64,000 nucleotides of DNA from an uncultured Actinomycetota bacterium (GTDB taxonomy: Bacteria; Actinomycetota; Actinomycetes; JAHEKZ01). The stretch is taken from contig CAVQYR010000001.1 of the NCBI GenBank assembly GCA_963718235.1, forward strand, positions 416,001 through 480,000. Reading direction: 5' to 3'. This document shows, piece by piece, positions 30,200-39,803 of this stretch; positions within the stretch are counted from its first letter, which is position 1, and the number at the start of each line of letters is the position of its first letter. Below the pieces are notes generated by a model, which did not search any database, was not told the origin of the DNA, and saw nothing but the letters and a program-made list of their open reading frames with translations. The translations under genes were made by a program, and so were the position numbers.

Positions 30200-30769
30200 T
30201 CAGGCCTTGGGGGCAGCGCCCGCTGGCTGGGCGGGCGGCTGGGAGTCGCCGGGCCGTAGCGGGAGCACCGACAGGCACAGGGTCGGCTCCTCGCGGTAGC
30301 GGGCGATCAGCTCACCCGTGGCGTTGCTGAGCCTTCGGTGCAACGCAGCCCGATAGGCCGACAGCTGCAGCTCGGCGAATGCCAGGTCGCGGGTCATCGC
30401 GTCCCTGGCGGCCTCGTCGGTGGGGTCGGCCTCCCGCGCCCAGAGCTGGTTGAGGTCCGGCAGGGGTGGGACGTCGTCGACCGGGAGCACCTCGATCAGG
30501 GCCTGTCGACCGATGCCGACCCGGGTCTCGCTCAGGGCCTGGCCCAGCCGCTCCAGTCGAACCGGGTCGGGCTGCCCGCTCAGCTCCTGCAGGTCCATCC
30601 GGGCCTGGATGAGCCGTCGCCAGTACGACACCCGACCTTCTTCGGCGGTCAGCGCCTGCCGGTACGAGCGCAGCGCCTCGAGGGAGAGGTGGGCGAACTC
30701 GTCACTGCGTCGTGGCGCCTCCCGCTCGGCGGCCCGGGACTTGCCCCGGGCGCCGGTGCGCGTCGTCAT
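30200..30769 (-). CDS. RsiG/AmfC-like helical protein with c-di-GMP-binding signature
   Basis: EGRVSYWRRLIQARMD matches ExxxSxxRxxxQxxxD exactly; degenerate second copy ELQLSAYRAALHRRLS; C-terminal ELIARYR; GAGGGAGG RBS. Confidence 0.72.
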   Translation of the reverse strand: MTTRTGARGKSRAAEREAPRRSDEFAHLSLEALRSYRQALTAEEGRVSYWRRLIQARMDLQELSGQPDPVRLERLGQALSETRVGIGRQALIEVLPVDDVPPLPDLNQLWAREADPTDEAARDAMTRDLAFAELQLSAYRAALHRRLSNATGELIARYREEPTLCLSVLPLRPGDSQPPAQPAGAAPKA

Positions 30770-30878
30770 GGCGCGTCCCTCCCTCATCGTCCCTGCCGGT
30801 GTCGTCGGGTCGCCGCGCACCCTTGAGGGGGCGTCACCCGGACGGTGGAGGCCGACGACCGGCACCTAGGCTTGCCCG

Positions 30879-31622
30879 GTGGCTCCCCCTCGCTCCCGTC
30901 GCGTCGGCCGACGACGTGCGGCGGCGTCGGTTCCGGCGACCCACACGGCACTCGTGCGACAGGCACGCAAGGTCAACCGCGTGCTGGCGGAGACCTACCC
31001 CGACGCCGAGTGCGAGCTGGACTTCAGCACTCCGCTGGAGCTCCTCGTGGCCACGATTCTGTCCGCGCAGTGCACTGACAAGCGGGTCAACCTGGTCACG
31101 CCGACCCTCTTCTCGAGGTACCGCAGCGCCGCCGACTACGCCGCCGCCGACCGGGCCGAGCTCGAGCTGCTGATCCAGTCGACCGGCTTCTTCCGGGCGA
31201 AGGCCAACTCGCTGATTGGGCTCGGACAGGTGCTGTGCGACGACTACTCCGGTGAGGTACCGGCCCGGTTGAAGGACCTGGTCACCCTCCCGGGGGTGGG
31301 TCGAAAGACGGCCAACGTCGTCCTCGGCAATGCGTTCGGGGTCCCCGGGATCACCGTGGACACGCACTTCGGACGGCTGGCCCGCCGCCTGGGCTGGACC
31401 ACCGAGACCGACCCGGACAAGGTCGAGGCCGAGGTGGGGGCGCTGTTCCCGCGCCAGGACTGGACCCAGCTGTCCCACCACCTGATCTGGCACGGGCGGC
31501 GGCGCTGCCACGCGCGCAGACCGGCCTGCGGTGCCTGCCCGGTCGCCGCCTGGTGCCCGTCCTACGGCGAGGGACCGGTCGACCCCGACGTCGCCGCGAA
31601 ACTGGTCAAGGACGTCCCGTGA
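30879..31622 (+). CDS. nth: Endonuclease III
   Basis: [19 protein letters not shown] HhH, VDTH, C-X6-C-X2-C-X5-C Fe-S motif; TAGGCT -10 six nt before GTG. Confidence 0.96.
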   Translation: MAPPRSRRVGRRRAAASVPATHTALVRQARKVNRVLAETYPDAECELDFSTPLELLVATILSAQCTDKRVNLVTPTLFSRYRSAADYAAADRAELELLIQSTGFFRAKANSLIGLGQVLCDDYSGEVPARLKDLVTLPGVGRKTANVVLGNAFGVPGITVDTHFGRLARRLGWTTETDPDKVEAEVGALFPRQDWTQLSHHLIWHGRRRCHARRPACGACPVAAWCPSYGEGPVDPDVAAKLVKDVP

Positions 31623-32275
31623 CCGACCGGCGCGGGTTCGCCTTGGCCTGTCGTCTCGCGCCCTGGCTGGTGGCGGCGACCTTTGCGCTTGCGATCCTCA
31701 CCGCCTGCGGCTCGGAGGGTGCCGGCACGCGGGTCGCCCCAGGTGCCTCCGACACCCCACCGGGGATCAGCGTGCCCACAGGGGCGGTCGCCGACCCTGC
31801 CCTGGTGAAGGCGGCGGGACTCAGACCGTGCCCGGTGGCCGGCCCGGCAGCGGTCCGCGACGACGGCCTGCCCGACATGGAGCTGCCGTGTCTCGGCGAG
31901 GGTCCAGAGGTGCGGCTCGCTGGCCTTCGCGGCGAGCCCATGCTCGTCAACGTATGGGCCTCCTGGTGCGCGCCGTGCCGCGGCGAGCTCCCGATGCTTC
32001 AGCGCGCCAGTGACGCCGGGCTACGGGTGCTGGGCGTCGACCTGCTGGACCAGAACGACGCCGCCCTGCGCACCCTGAAGGCGCTCGGCGTGACGTTCCC
32101 GTCGGTGTCCGACCCCGACGGCCGGCTGAGGGCCGAGCTGGGTCTGGCCGCCACTCCCACGACCCTGTTCGTGACCGCTGACGGTGAGGTGGTGCACACC
32201 AAGTTCGGCGCCTTCGCCAGCGCCGCCGAGCTGTCGTCGATGGCCCGTAAGTACCTCGACGTCGACCTGCCGTGA
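31619..32275 (+). CDS. TlpA-family thiol-disulfide oxidoreductase lipoprotein
   Basis: Lipobox [20 protein letters not shown]. Confidence 0.9.
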   Translation: MTDRRGFALACRLAPWLVAATFALAILTACGSEGAGTRVAPGASDTPPGISVPTGAVADPALVKAAGLRPCPVAGPAAVRDDGLPDMELPCLGEGPEVRLAGLRGEPMLVNVWASWCAPCRGELPMLQRASDAGLRVLGVDLLDQNDAALRTLKALGVTFPSVSDPDGRLRAELGLAATPTTLFVTADGEVVHTKFGAFASAAELSSMARKYLDVDLP

Positions 32276-32910
32276 CCCGCGAACCCGACCCTCCCCCGTG
32301 GCTGGAGCCGCTGCTGAGCGGTGTCGCCGGGATCACGGCGACCGACCTCACCCGGTTCACCCCGCCGGAGTCCGCGTCCCGGCGCTCGGCGGTGCTCATC
32401 GTGTTCGGCGAGGGCGACGCCGGTCCGGACGTCCTGCTCATCGAGCGGGCGCACGACATGCGCAGCCACGCCGGCCAGCCGGCGTTCCCGGGCGGGGCGG
32501 TCGACCCGACCGACGACGGCCCGGTCGCCGCGGCGCTGCGCGAGGCGGCCGAGGAGACCGGACTGGACCCGGCAGGCGTCGACGTCCTGGCCGTCCTGCC
32601 CGACCTTTACCTGCCGCCCAGCGACTTCGTGGTCACCCCGGTGGTCGGCTGGTGGCGGGCACCGACACCGGTGACCGCCCTCGACCCGGCAGAGGTCGCC
32701 TCCGTCCACCGAGTCCCGGTCGCGACGCTGACCGACCCGGCGCACCGGTTCCGGGTGCGTCACCCCAGTGGGTTCGTCGGTCCGGCATTCGACGTTCATG
32801 GCCTGGTTGTGTGGGGCTTTACCGGGGGATTGCTCGATCGACTGGTCTACTTGGCGGGGTGGGAGCAACCGTGGGATCGCGACGACGTCCGCGACCTGAG
32901 CGACGAGTGA
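32272..32910 (+). CDS. CoA pyrophosphatase (Nudix)
   Basis: RSHAGQPAFPGG, ALREAAEETG, VWGFT. Confidence 0.92.
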   Translation: MTREPDPPPWLEPLLSGVAGITATDLTRFTPPESASRRSAVLIVFGEGDAGPDVLLIERAHDMRSHAGQPAFPGGAVDPTDDGPVAAALREAAEETGLDPAGVDVLAVLPDLYLPPSDFVVTPVVGWWRAPTPVTALDPAEVASVHRVPVATLTDPAHRFRVRHPSGFVGPAFDVHGLVVWGFTGGLLDRLVYLAGWEQPWDRDDVRDLSDE

Positions 32911-32923
32911 GGGGAGACCGACG

Positions 32924-34105
32924 GTGAACGTCGTCGATCTCGTCCTCGTCGTGGGGATCCTGCTCTTCGCCTACATCGGTTGGCGGCGTGGCTTCCTGTA
33001 CGGCCTGCTGTCCCTGGCCGGGTTCCTGCTCGGCGCCGCGGCGGGACTGTGGCTGACCCCGCGGGTCGTGGGCTCCTGGGACCCTGGCGTTGGTCGAGCG
33101 GTAGTCGCGCTGATCCTGGTGTTTCTGTTCGCCACGATCGGCCAGGTGCTGGTGGGCTACTTCGGTCGCCGGATGAAGGACGCGGTGACCTGGCGTCCCG
33201 CAGTGGTGCTGGACTCCTCGCTCGGTGCGGTGCTGTCGGTCGTCTCGATGCTGCTCGTGGTGTGGCTGATCGCCAGCGTCGCGGTGCACTCAGGACGCAG
33301 CGAGTTCATGCGCGAGGTCCGTCAGTCCTACGTCCTCGGTGTCGTCGACACGGTGATGCCCGACCTCGCCGACAAGGCGACCGGCGAGCTGCAGGCACTG
33401 GTCGACGGCTCGGGGTTCCCGGAGGTCTTCGCCGGACTCGGACCCGAACCGGTCAAGCCGATCGCCAAGCCCGACCCGGCCATCGTGCGGCGTGAGCCCG
33501 TCGTGTTCGGGGCCGCGAACACGGTGAAGATCTCCGGTATCGCGCAGGGCTGCGGTCGCGGGCTGGAGGGCTCGGGGTTCGCCTTCGCCCCCGAGCGCGT
33601 CCTCACCAACGCCCACGTCGTGGCCGCCGTCGACAAACCGGCGGTCTACCTCGGTGGCGAGGGCCAGGGCTACCCGGCGACCGTCGTCTACTTCGACCCG
33701 GAGCTCGACGTCGCGGTGCTGTCGGTCCCCGGGCTGACCGCAGAGGCCCTGCCGTTCGGGCTCGAGGTCAACCGCGGCGACAGCGTGGCGGTGGTCGGCT
33801 ACCCGGAGAACGGCCCGCTGGATGCCGAGGCCGGTCGGGTGCGCAGCGTCCTGGTCGCGCAGGGACACGACATCTACGGCCGCGGTGCCGTGCTGCGCGA
33901 GGTGATCTCGATGCGCGCCACGGTGCGACCGGGAAACTCCGGTGGCCCGGTGCTCGACCGCAGCGGGCACGTGGTCGGTGTGGTGTTCGCCGCTTCGCTC
34001 GACGACGAGTCGACCGGCTACGCGATGACCGCCGAGCAGGTCTCGGACGCCGTTGCAGCCGGCGTGGCCGCCGAGGGTCCGGTGAACACCGGCCCCTGCG
34101 CCTAG
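32924..34105 (+). CDS. marP: MarP-family membrane serine protease
   Basis: N-terminal CvpA-like TM helices; TNAHV, DVAVL, GNSGGP trypsin triad. Confidence 0.9.
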   Translation: MNVVDLVLVVGILLFAYIGWRRGFLYGLLSLAGFLLGAAAGLWLTPRVVGSWDPGVGRAVVALILVFLFATIGQVLVGYFGRRMKDAVTWRPAVVLDSSLGAVLSVVSMLLVVWLIASVAVHSGRSEFMREVRQSYVLGVVDTVMPDLADKATGELQALVDGSGFPEVFAGLGPEPVKPIAKPDPAIVRREPVVFGAANTVKISGIAQGCGRGLEGSGFAFAPERVLTNAHVVAAVDKPAVYLGGEGQGYPATVVYFDPELDVAVLSVPGLTAEALPFGLEVNRGDSVAVVGYPENGPLDAEAGRVRSVLVAQGHDIYGRGAVLREVISMRATVRPGNSGGPVLDRSGHVVGVVFAASLDDESTGYAMTAEQVSDAVAAGVAAEGPVNTGPCA

Positions 34106-34233
34106 CGACGGCCGCCGCCGGCCAGTGGCTGTGCACAATCGGCGGTTGTACCGCTGGGCACGTCCTGAGACGTCGCGCCACGGCGCGTCGTGTGCGTCGC
34201 CGTCCAATCGCCCGGCCCGCGCCGCCGCAGGCG

Positions 34234-34653
34234 TCAGCCGACGTGGGCCCGGGCGACGTCGACCCAGGCCGCGACGTCGACCTCGCTCACCGGCGGGAGC
34301 CCCTCGAGCGTGGCCTCTCCCCGTTGCAGGAGCCGCTCGGCGCCGAGTGCGTTGCCCCGCTGGGCGTGGGTGACGGCGACCATGAGCTGGGCCAGGCCGC
34401 GCCACAGCTGCCGGCTCGGTTCGTCGGAGGCGTGCTTCCACGCGGCCTCGAACACCTCGTGCGCCGCGAAGGCCCGACCGGCGTCCAGCAGCTCCTGGGC
34501 GTAGGCGACCGTCTGGGCGTCGGTGAGGTCCAGTTCGTCGGAGACCGGCGTCACCCCCGCCGTGCCCGGGGTGAGCGGGCGGCCGAGCGCGTCGCGCGGG
34601 CGGTCGTTACGCGGCCGACCCCGGGGGTCCCTGGGGCGGTCGGCGTCGCTCAC
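34234..34653 (-). CDS. DUF309 domain protein
   Basis: RPRDALGRPL, F.AHEVFEAAWK, WRGLAQL.VA.TH..RGN. Confidence 0.88.
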   Translation of the reverse strand: MSDADRPRDPRGRPRNDRPRDALGRPLTPGTAGVTPVSDELDLTDAQTVAYAQELLDAGRAFAAHEVFEAAWKHASDEPSRQLWRGLAQLMVAVTHAQRGNALGAERLLQRGEATLEGLPPVSEVDVAAWVDVARAHVG

Positions 34654-34654
34654 G

Positions 34655-35572
34655 TCAGCGGTCGGGCTCAGGGTCGGACAGCCAGGCGAGTACCTCGGCG
34701 TCGAACCGATCGGGGGCCTCTTCGTGCGGGAAGTGGCCGACGCCGTCCAGCAGCCGCCAGCGGTAGGGGGCCACGACGAACTCACCGGACCCCTGCGCAC
34801 TGCTGGGCAGCACGCACGTGTCGGCGGAGCCGTGGAGCTGGAGCACCGGGACGCCGATCGGCGCGCGCATGCTGGACGCGTACCGGGCGCCGTCGGGGCG
34901 GGGCACCGAGCGCACGGCCCACCGGAAGTACTCCATCGCGCAGTACGCGGTGTTGCCCACCTGCATGGCCTGGCGGTAGAAGGCCGACGTCGGCTCGTCC
35001 GGCCATCCGGGTGCCGCCCACCGGTGCAGGAGCTCGTCGACCCGCCGCGCGTCGTCCCTGACGAGCATGCGCTCCGGTGCCCACGGCGACTGGAAGGACA
35101 GCGAGAACGCCGAGGCGGACAGCTGAGCGGGGTCGGTCATCACAGCCTTGCGGAGCCGTCGGGGGTGCGGCGCGGAGACGGCGACCAGTCGACGCACGAG
35201 CTTGGGCTGGTTCGCGGCGAGCGACCACCCGATCGCTCCGCCGACCGCGTGCCCGACGACGAACGCGTCGGCACTGCCGAGGGAACGGATGACGGTCGCG
35301 ACGTCGGACACCAACGACGGCATGTCGTACCCACGCGGGGTGTGGTCGCTCGCACCGTAGCCCCGCAGGTCGAGGGCGACGACCCGGTAGCCGGCGTCGG
35401 CGAACGACACGAGCTGGTGGCGCCACGCCCACCAGTTCTCGGGGAAACCGTGCAGGAGCACCATCAACGGGCCGTCGCCGGCGGTGGCCGCGTGGAACCG
35501 CAGCCCGTTCGCCGCGATCTCGCGGTGTTCCCAGGGACCGTCGACGAGCAGGTCGGACCGGTCGGGGGTCAT
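34655..35572 (-). CDS. Alpha/beta-fold hydrolase (epoxide-hydrolase-like, Rv3670-type)
   Basis: ANGLRFH, LLHGFPE.WW.WRHQ, DLRGYG.SD, GHAVGG, GHFPHEE. Confidence 0.9.
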   Translation of the reverse strand: MTPDRSDLLVDGPWEHREIAANGLRFHAATAGDGPLMVLLHGFPENWWAWRHQLVSFADAGYRVVALDLRGYGASDHTPRGYDMPSLVSDVATVIRSLGSADAFVVGHAVGGAIGWSLAANQPKLVRRLVAVSAPHPRRLRKAVMTDPAQLSASAFSLSFQSPWAPERMLVRDDARRVDELLHRWAAPGWPDEPTSAFYRQAMQVGNTAYCAMEYFRWAVRSVPRPDGARYASSMRAPIGVPVLQLHGSADTCVLPSSAQGSGEFVVAPYRWRLLDGVGHFPHEEAPDRFDAEVLAWLSDPEPDR

Positions 35573-36108
35573 GGCCCCGTAGCGGTGTCGCCGACCGTGG
35601 TGGGCGCGGGCGAGCTGGGTGCCGGCGCGGGGGCTGGTGCAGGGGGTGCGCTGAGGCCGGGAGCAGCCGACCCCGGCCCGGACGGCGACGAGGTCGCCGG
35701 CTTGAGGCCGGACAGGATCTGCTTGGTCTCCTCGGCCGCCTTCTGGGCCTGCTGCGGGCCCTTGGCCTGCTCCAGGTGCCGCTTGGCGACGAAGGCCAGG
35801 ATGACCGCGATCACGAGGTAGACCGCAGCGACGATCAGGAACGACGCCCACAGCGGCAGCCCGGTGCCGTCAGTCAGCCCGTAGACGGCCGCCCAGGTCA
35901 GCAGCAGCCAGACCATCATCACCAGCATGGCCGTGGCTGCGAGCAGCCCGCCGCCGGTGGCTCCCCGCTTGGCCGACTCGGAGACCTCGGCCTTGGCCAA
36001 GGCGATCTCGTCGCGCACCAGCGTGCTGACGTTCTGGCTGAGCGAGCTGACCAGCGCGCCCAGGGAGGCGCGCTCGTCGCGCCCGGGGTTGCCGTTGGGG
36101 TACGTCAT
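35569..36108 (-). CDS. Actinobacterial holin-like membrane protein (two TM helices)
   Basis: SLG.LV......VSTLVRDEIALAKAE followed by two TM helices; conserved backbone position. Confidence 0.85.
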   Translation of the reverse strand: MTYPNGNPGRDERASLGALVSSLSQNVSTLVRDEIALAKAEVSESAKRGATGGGLLAATAMLVMMVWLLLTWAAVYGLTDGTGLPLWASFLIVAAVYLVIAVILAFVAKRHLEQAKGPQQAQKAAEETKQILSGLKPATSSPSGPGSAAPGLSAPPAPAPAPAPSSPAPTTVGDTATGP

Positions 36109-36198
36109 CGGTGTCCTCCTCGTTGCTGCCCCCAGCATGGCGGATTCTGCGCTGGAGAGGTAACCGGACCCTCCCGACGGGGTCGTGGCTCTCGCGGG

Positions 36199-37449
36199 TC
36201 AGTCCTGGGCGGCCTCCCGCAGCTCGATCCGCCGGTAGACCCGGTCGCGCAGGCGCAGCACGATCATGGCGACCACGGCGGCGGCCACCGAGGCGAGCAG
36301 GATCGCGACCTTGACGTCGTCCAGTCGGTGCTGGTCGTCCTCGAACGCGAGCTCGGCGATCAGCAGGGACACCGTGAAGCCGATCCCGGAGAGCATGGCG
36401 AGCCCGGCCATGTCGAGCCAGGCGAGGTCCTCGTTCAGCTCGGCCCGGGTGAACCGGGCGGTGAGGTACGAGGCGCCGAGCACCCCGACGAACTTTCCGA
36501 GGAAGAGGCCGAGCATGACCCCGATCGCGGCGGTGTCGTCGAACACGTCGGTGAGCGCCCCGACGTCGAGAGGGACGCCGGCCGCGAGGAACGCGAAGAT
36601 CGGAACCGCGAACCCGGCCGACCAGGGACGCACGACATGCTCGAGGTGCTCCGCCGGGGAGGTCGTTTCGTCCGCGTCCGGTCTCACCCTCGTGAGCAGG
36701 CCCAGCACGACCCCGGCGACCGTGGCATGCACGCCGCTGTCGTGCATGAAGGCCCAGGCGACCACGGCGACCGGAATCAGGAGCCATGGGCTCGTCACGC
36801 GGCGCCTCTGCATCACCCACCACACGCCGAGGGCGAGCACCGCCAACGCGAACGACCCCGCCTTGAACGTCTCGGTGTAGAACACGGCGATGACGGTGAT
36901 CGCCCCCATGTCGTCGACGACGGCGAGGGTGAGCAGGAACGCACGGAGCGCGGAGGGCAGGTGCGACCCGGCGACGGCGAGCACGGCCAGCGCAAAGGCG
37001 ATGTCGGTGGCCATGGGCACGCCCCACCCGTCGCGGGTGCTCGGGTCCCCGCCGGCGACGGCCAGGTAGATCAGGGCCGGGACGACCATGCCGGCGACGG
37101 CGGCGACCACGGGGACCACCGCCTGTGACACCTTGCTCAGGCTGCCCACGACGAGCTCGCGCTTGAGCTCCAGGCCGGCGACGAAGAAGAAGATCGCGAG
37201 CAGGCCGTCACCGGCCCAGTCCTGAAGGCTGAGGTCGAGGTGGAGGGCTGCCGGTCCGACCACGGCGTCCTTGAGCTGCTCGTACCAGCCGCTGAGCCCG
37301 GAGTTGGCGAGCACCAGCCCGACCAGCGCGGCTCCGAGCAGGAGTGCGCCGCCCACCGTCTCCTGGCGGAGGGTGTCGGCCAGGAACCGGCGTTCACCGG
37401 AGGGCAGCCGACCGAACAGCACCCGTCGGGCGTCCGGAGACGAGGACAC
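36199..37449 (-). CDS. nhaA: Na+/H+ antiporter NhaA
   Basis: DGLLAIFFF..GLELKRE, PMATDIAFA, LAVVDD, SGVHAT, GIGFTVSL; GGGAGG RBS before GTG 37449. Confidence 0.96.
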   Translation of the reverse strand: MSSSPDARRVLFGRLPSGERRFLADTLRQETVGGALLLGAALVGLVLANSGLSGWYEQLKDAVVGPAALHLDLSLQDWAGDGLLAIFFFVAGLELKRELVVGSLSKVSQAVVPVVAAVAGMVVPALIYLAVAGGDPSTRDGWGVPMATDIAFALAVLAVAGSHLPSALRAFLLTLAVVDDMGAITVIAVFYTETFKAGSFALAVLALGVWWVMQRRRVTSPWLLIPVAVVAWAFMHDSGVHATVAGVVLGLLTRVRPDADETTSPAEHLEHVVRPWSAGFAVPIFAFLAAGVPLDVGALTDVFDDTAAIGVMLGLFLGKFVGVLGASYLTARFTRAELNEDLAWLDMAGLAMLSGIGFTVSLLIAELAFEDDQHRLDDVKVAILLASVAAAVVAMIVLRLRDRVYRRIELREAAQD

Positions 37450-37533
37450 GTTCCCTCCCGTCAACCACTGGACGTGGACGCGGTCTTGCGTGCACGTGCC
37501 GACCCGACTTCCCGGCGCTCCGCTGCAACCCTA
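37450..37533 (-). promoter_or_regulatory. nhaA promoter and candidate structured 5' leader (GGAGCGCCGGGAAGUCGGGUCGGC)
   Basis: TAGGGT -10 at 37528-37533, ~70-nt leader, GCCGG/UCGGC stem. Confidence 0.4.
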
Positions 37534-37604
37534 CGCGCCGGGCCGGCTGCGGTCCTCAGACGCAAAGGTCCACCCGTGAGAGCCTGCTGCGACGTGTACA
37601 GGGG

Positions 37605-37700
37605 GTGGGAGGACTGGGCAGGAACGCTGACGACGGGTTCCACGACTTCGTGGTCTCCCGGCGGTCCTCGCTGACCCGGGTCGCGTTCCTGCTCACCGGC
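37605..37700 (+). pseudogene. N-terminal remnant of a SigE-family ECF sigma factor
   Basis: Translates to ...ADDGFHDFVVSRRSSLTRVAFLLTG, resembling F.EFV..R...L.R.A.LLTGD of actinobacterial SigE proteins; similarity ends just before the acs stop. Confidence 0.6.
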
Positions 37701-37712
37701 AAGCCACGAGGG

Positions 37713-39689
37713 TCAGTCGGGCGAGGCGTCGGACAGCTGCGAGTCGATCAGGTTCATCACCGTGGGGTCGGCCAACGTGGTCACGTCACCCAGGTCGCGG
37801 TGCTCGGCGACGTCGCGCAGCAGACGGCGCATGATCTTGCCCGAGCGGGTCTTGGGCAGCTCCGCGACGACCATGATCTGACGCGGCTTCGCGATCGGCC
37901 CGATCTCGTGCGCAACGTGGGCCCGCAGGTCCGCGACCAGCTGCTCGCCGTGCGCCTCGTCATCAGCCACGTGACCGCGCACGATCACGAAGGCGACGAT
38001 GCCCTGTCCGGTCGTCGGGTCGGTGGCACCCACGACCGCAGCCTCGGCGACCGAGGGGTGGGACACGAGTGCCGACTCGACCTCGGTGGTCGAGATGCGG
38101 TGCCCTGACACGTTCATGACGTCGTCGACCCGGCCGAGCAGCCAGAGGTCCCCGTCGTTGTCCTTCTTGGCTCCGTCACCGGCGAAGTAGAAGCCGTCGA
38201 AACGCGACCAGTACGTCTGGCGATAGCGCTCGGGGTCGCCCCAGATGCCGCGCAGCATCGCCGGCCACGGGTCGGTGAGCACGAGGTAGCCACCACCGCC
38301 GTCCGGGACGGTGCGGGCCTGGTCGTCGATCACGTCGGCACCGATGCCGGGCAGCGCACGCATCGCCGAGCCGGGCTTGGTGGCGGTGACCCCGGGTAGC
38401 GGGCTGATCATCATGGCGCCGGTCTCGGTCTGCCACCACGTGTCGACGATCGGCGCCTTGTTGCCGCCGATGTGCTCGCGGTACCACATCCAGGCCTCGG
38501 GGTTGATCGGCTCACCGACCGAGCCGAGGACGCGCAACGACGACAGGTCGAACTGCTCGGGCACGTCATCGCCCCACTTCATGAACGTGCGGATCGCGGT
38601 CGGTGCTGTGTAGAGGATCGACACCTTGTACTTCTCGATCAGCTCCCACCAGCGTCCCTTGTGGGGGGTGTCCGGTGTGCCCTCGTACATCAGCTGCGTG
38701 GCCCCGTTGGCAAGCGGCCCGTACACGATGTAGGTGTGCCCGGTGACCCAGCCGACGTCGGCGGTGCACCAGTAGACGTCGCTCTCCGGCTTCAGGTCGA
38801 AGACGTTGTGGTGGGTGTAGGCGGCCTGGGTGAGGTAGCCGCCGCTGGTGTGCAGGATGCCCTTGGGCTTACCCGTCGTTCCCGACGTGTACAGGATGAA
38901 CAGCGGGTGCTCGCTGTCGAACGACGCAGCGTGGTGTGTCGCGGCCTGACGGTCGACGACGTCGTGCCACCAGACGTCTCGCCGGTCGTCCCACTCGACG
39001 TCCTGCCCGGTCCGTCGGACGACGAGCACCTTTCGCACCGACGGCGTCTGAGTGACCGCCTCGTCGACGGCGGGCTTCAGCAGCGCCGGCTTGCCGCGGC
39101 GGTAGCCCCCGTCGGAGGTGATGACGAGCACGGCCTCGGCGTCGTCGATCCGGCTGCGCAGCGCCTCGGCCGAGAACCCGCCGAACACCACCGAGTGCGG
39201 GGCGCCGATCCGCGCACAGGCGAGCATCGCGATCATCGCCTCGGGGATCATCGGCAGGTAGATCGCGACCCGGTCCCCGGCAGCGACACCGAGCTCGGTC
39301 AGCGCGTTGGCCGCCTTGCACACCTCGACCTGGAGCTCGGCGTAGGTGAAGGTCCGCGTGTCACCTGGCTCGCCCTCCCAGTGCAGGGCCACGCGGTCGC
39401 CGTGACCGTCGTCCACGTGCCGGTCGACGCAGTTCACCGCCACGTTGAGCCGACCGCCGACGAACCAACGGGCGAACGGTGCGTCCGACCAGTCGAGCAC
39501 CTGGTCCCACGGTGCCTCCCAGCGCAGCCGCTCTGCCTGGCGCTCCCAGAAGCCCATCCGGTCCGCCGAGGCCTCCTCGTACATCAGCGAGGTGGCGTTG
39601 GCCTGTGCGGCGAACTCCGCCGACGGCGGGAAACGTCGCTCCTCCCGCAGGAGGTTCGACAGGGCTTCGTTGCTGTTGCCGTCACTCAC
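37713..39689 (-). CDS. acs: Acetyl-CoA synthetase
   Basis: [40 protein letters not shown]. Confidence 0.97.
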   Translation of the reverse strand: MSDGNSNEALSNLLREERRFPPSAEFAAQANATSLMYEEASADRMGFWERQAERLRWEAPWDQVLDWSDAPFARWFVGGRLNVAVNCVDRHVDDGHGDRVALHWEGEPGDTRTFTYAELQVEVCKAANALTELGVAAGDRVAIYLPMIPEAMIAMLACARIGAPHSVVFGGFSAEALRSRIDDAEAVLVITSDGGYRRGKPALLKPAVDEAVTQTPSVRKVLVVRRTGQDVEWDDRRDVWWHDVVDRQAATHHAASFDSEHPLFILYTSGTTGKPKGILHTSGGYLTQAAYTHHNVFDLKPESDVYWCTADVGWVTGHTYIVYGPLANGATQLMYEGTPDTPHKGRWWELIEKYKVSILYTAPTAIRTFMKWGDDVPEQFDLSSLRVLGSVGEPINPEAWMWYREHIGGNKAPIVDTWWQTETGAMMISPLPGVTATKPGSAMRALPGIGADVIDDQARTVPDGGGGYLVLTDPWPAMLRGIWGDPERYRQTYWSRFDGFYFAGDGAKKDNDGDLWLLGRVDDVMNVSGHRISTTEVESALVSHPSVAEAAVVGATDPTTGQGIVAFVIVRGHVADDEAHGEQLVADLRAHVAHEIGPIAKPRQIMVVAELPKTRSGKIMRRLLRDVAEHRDLGDVTTLADPTVMNLIDSQLSDASPD

Positions 39690-39803
39690 GACGCGCACTC
39701 CTCGTCAGGCCGGGTTGGGAGACCTCGAGCCACCCACGAGGAAACGTAGCGGCCGGACGCCGGGGGGTGAAGGGCGAGCCCGTGCCTCTGCCAGGGTGGT
39801 GCG

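Noticed and set aside
30795-30830. Sigma-28/WhiG-like promoter (CTCA...CCGAC) upstream of the RsiG-like gene
   Set aside because: Spacing and -10 match are too poor to support.
35569-36108. Holin-like gene as a sign of a prophage
   Set aside because: This family is a conserved backbone gene at this locus in actinobacteria; there are no phage genes nearby.
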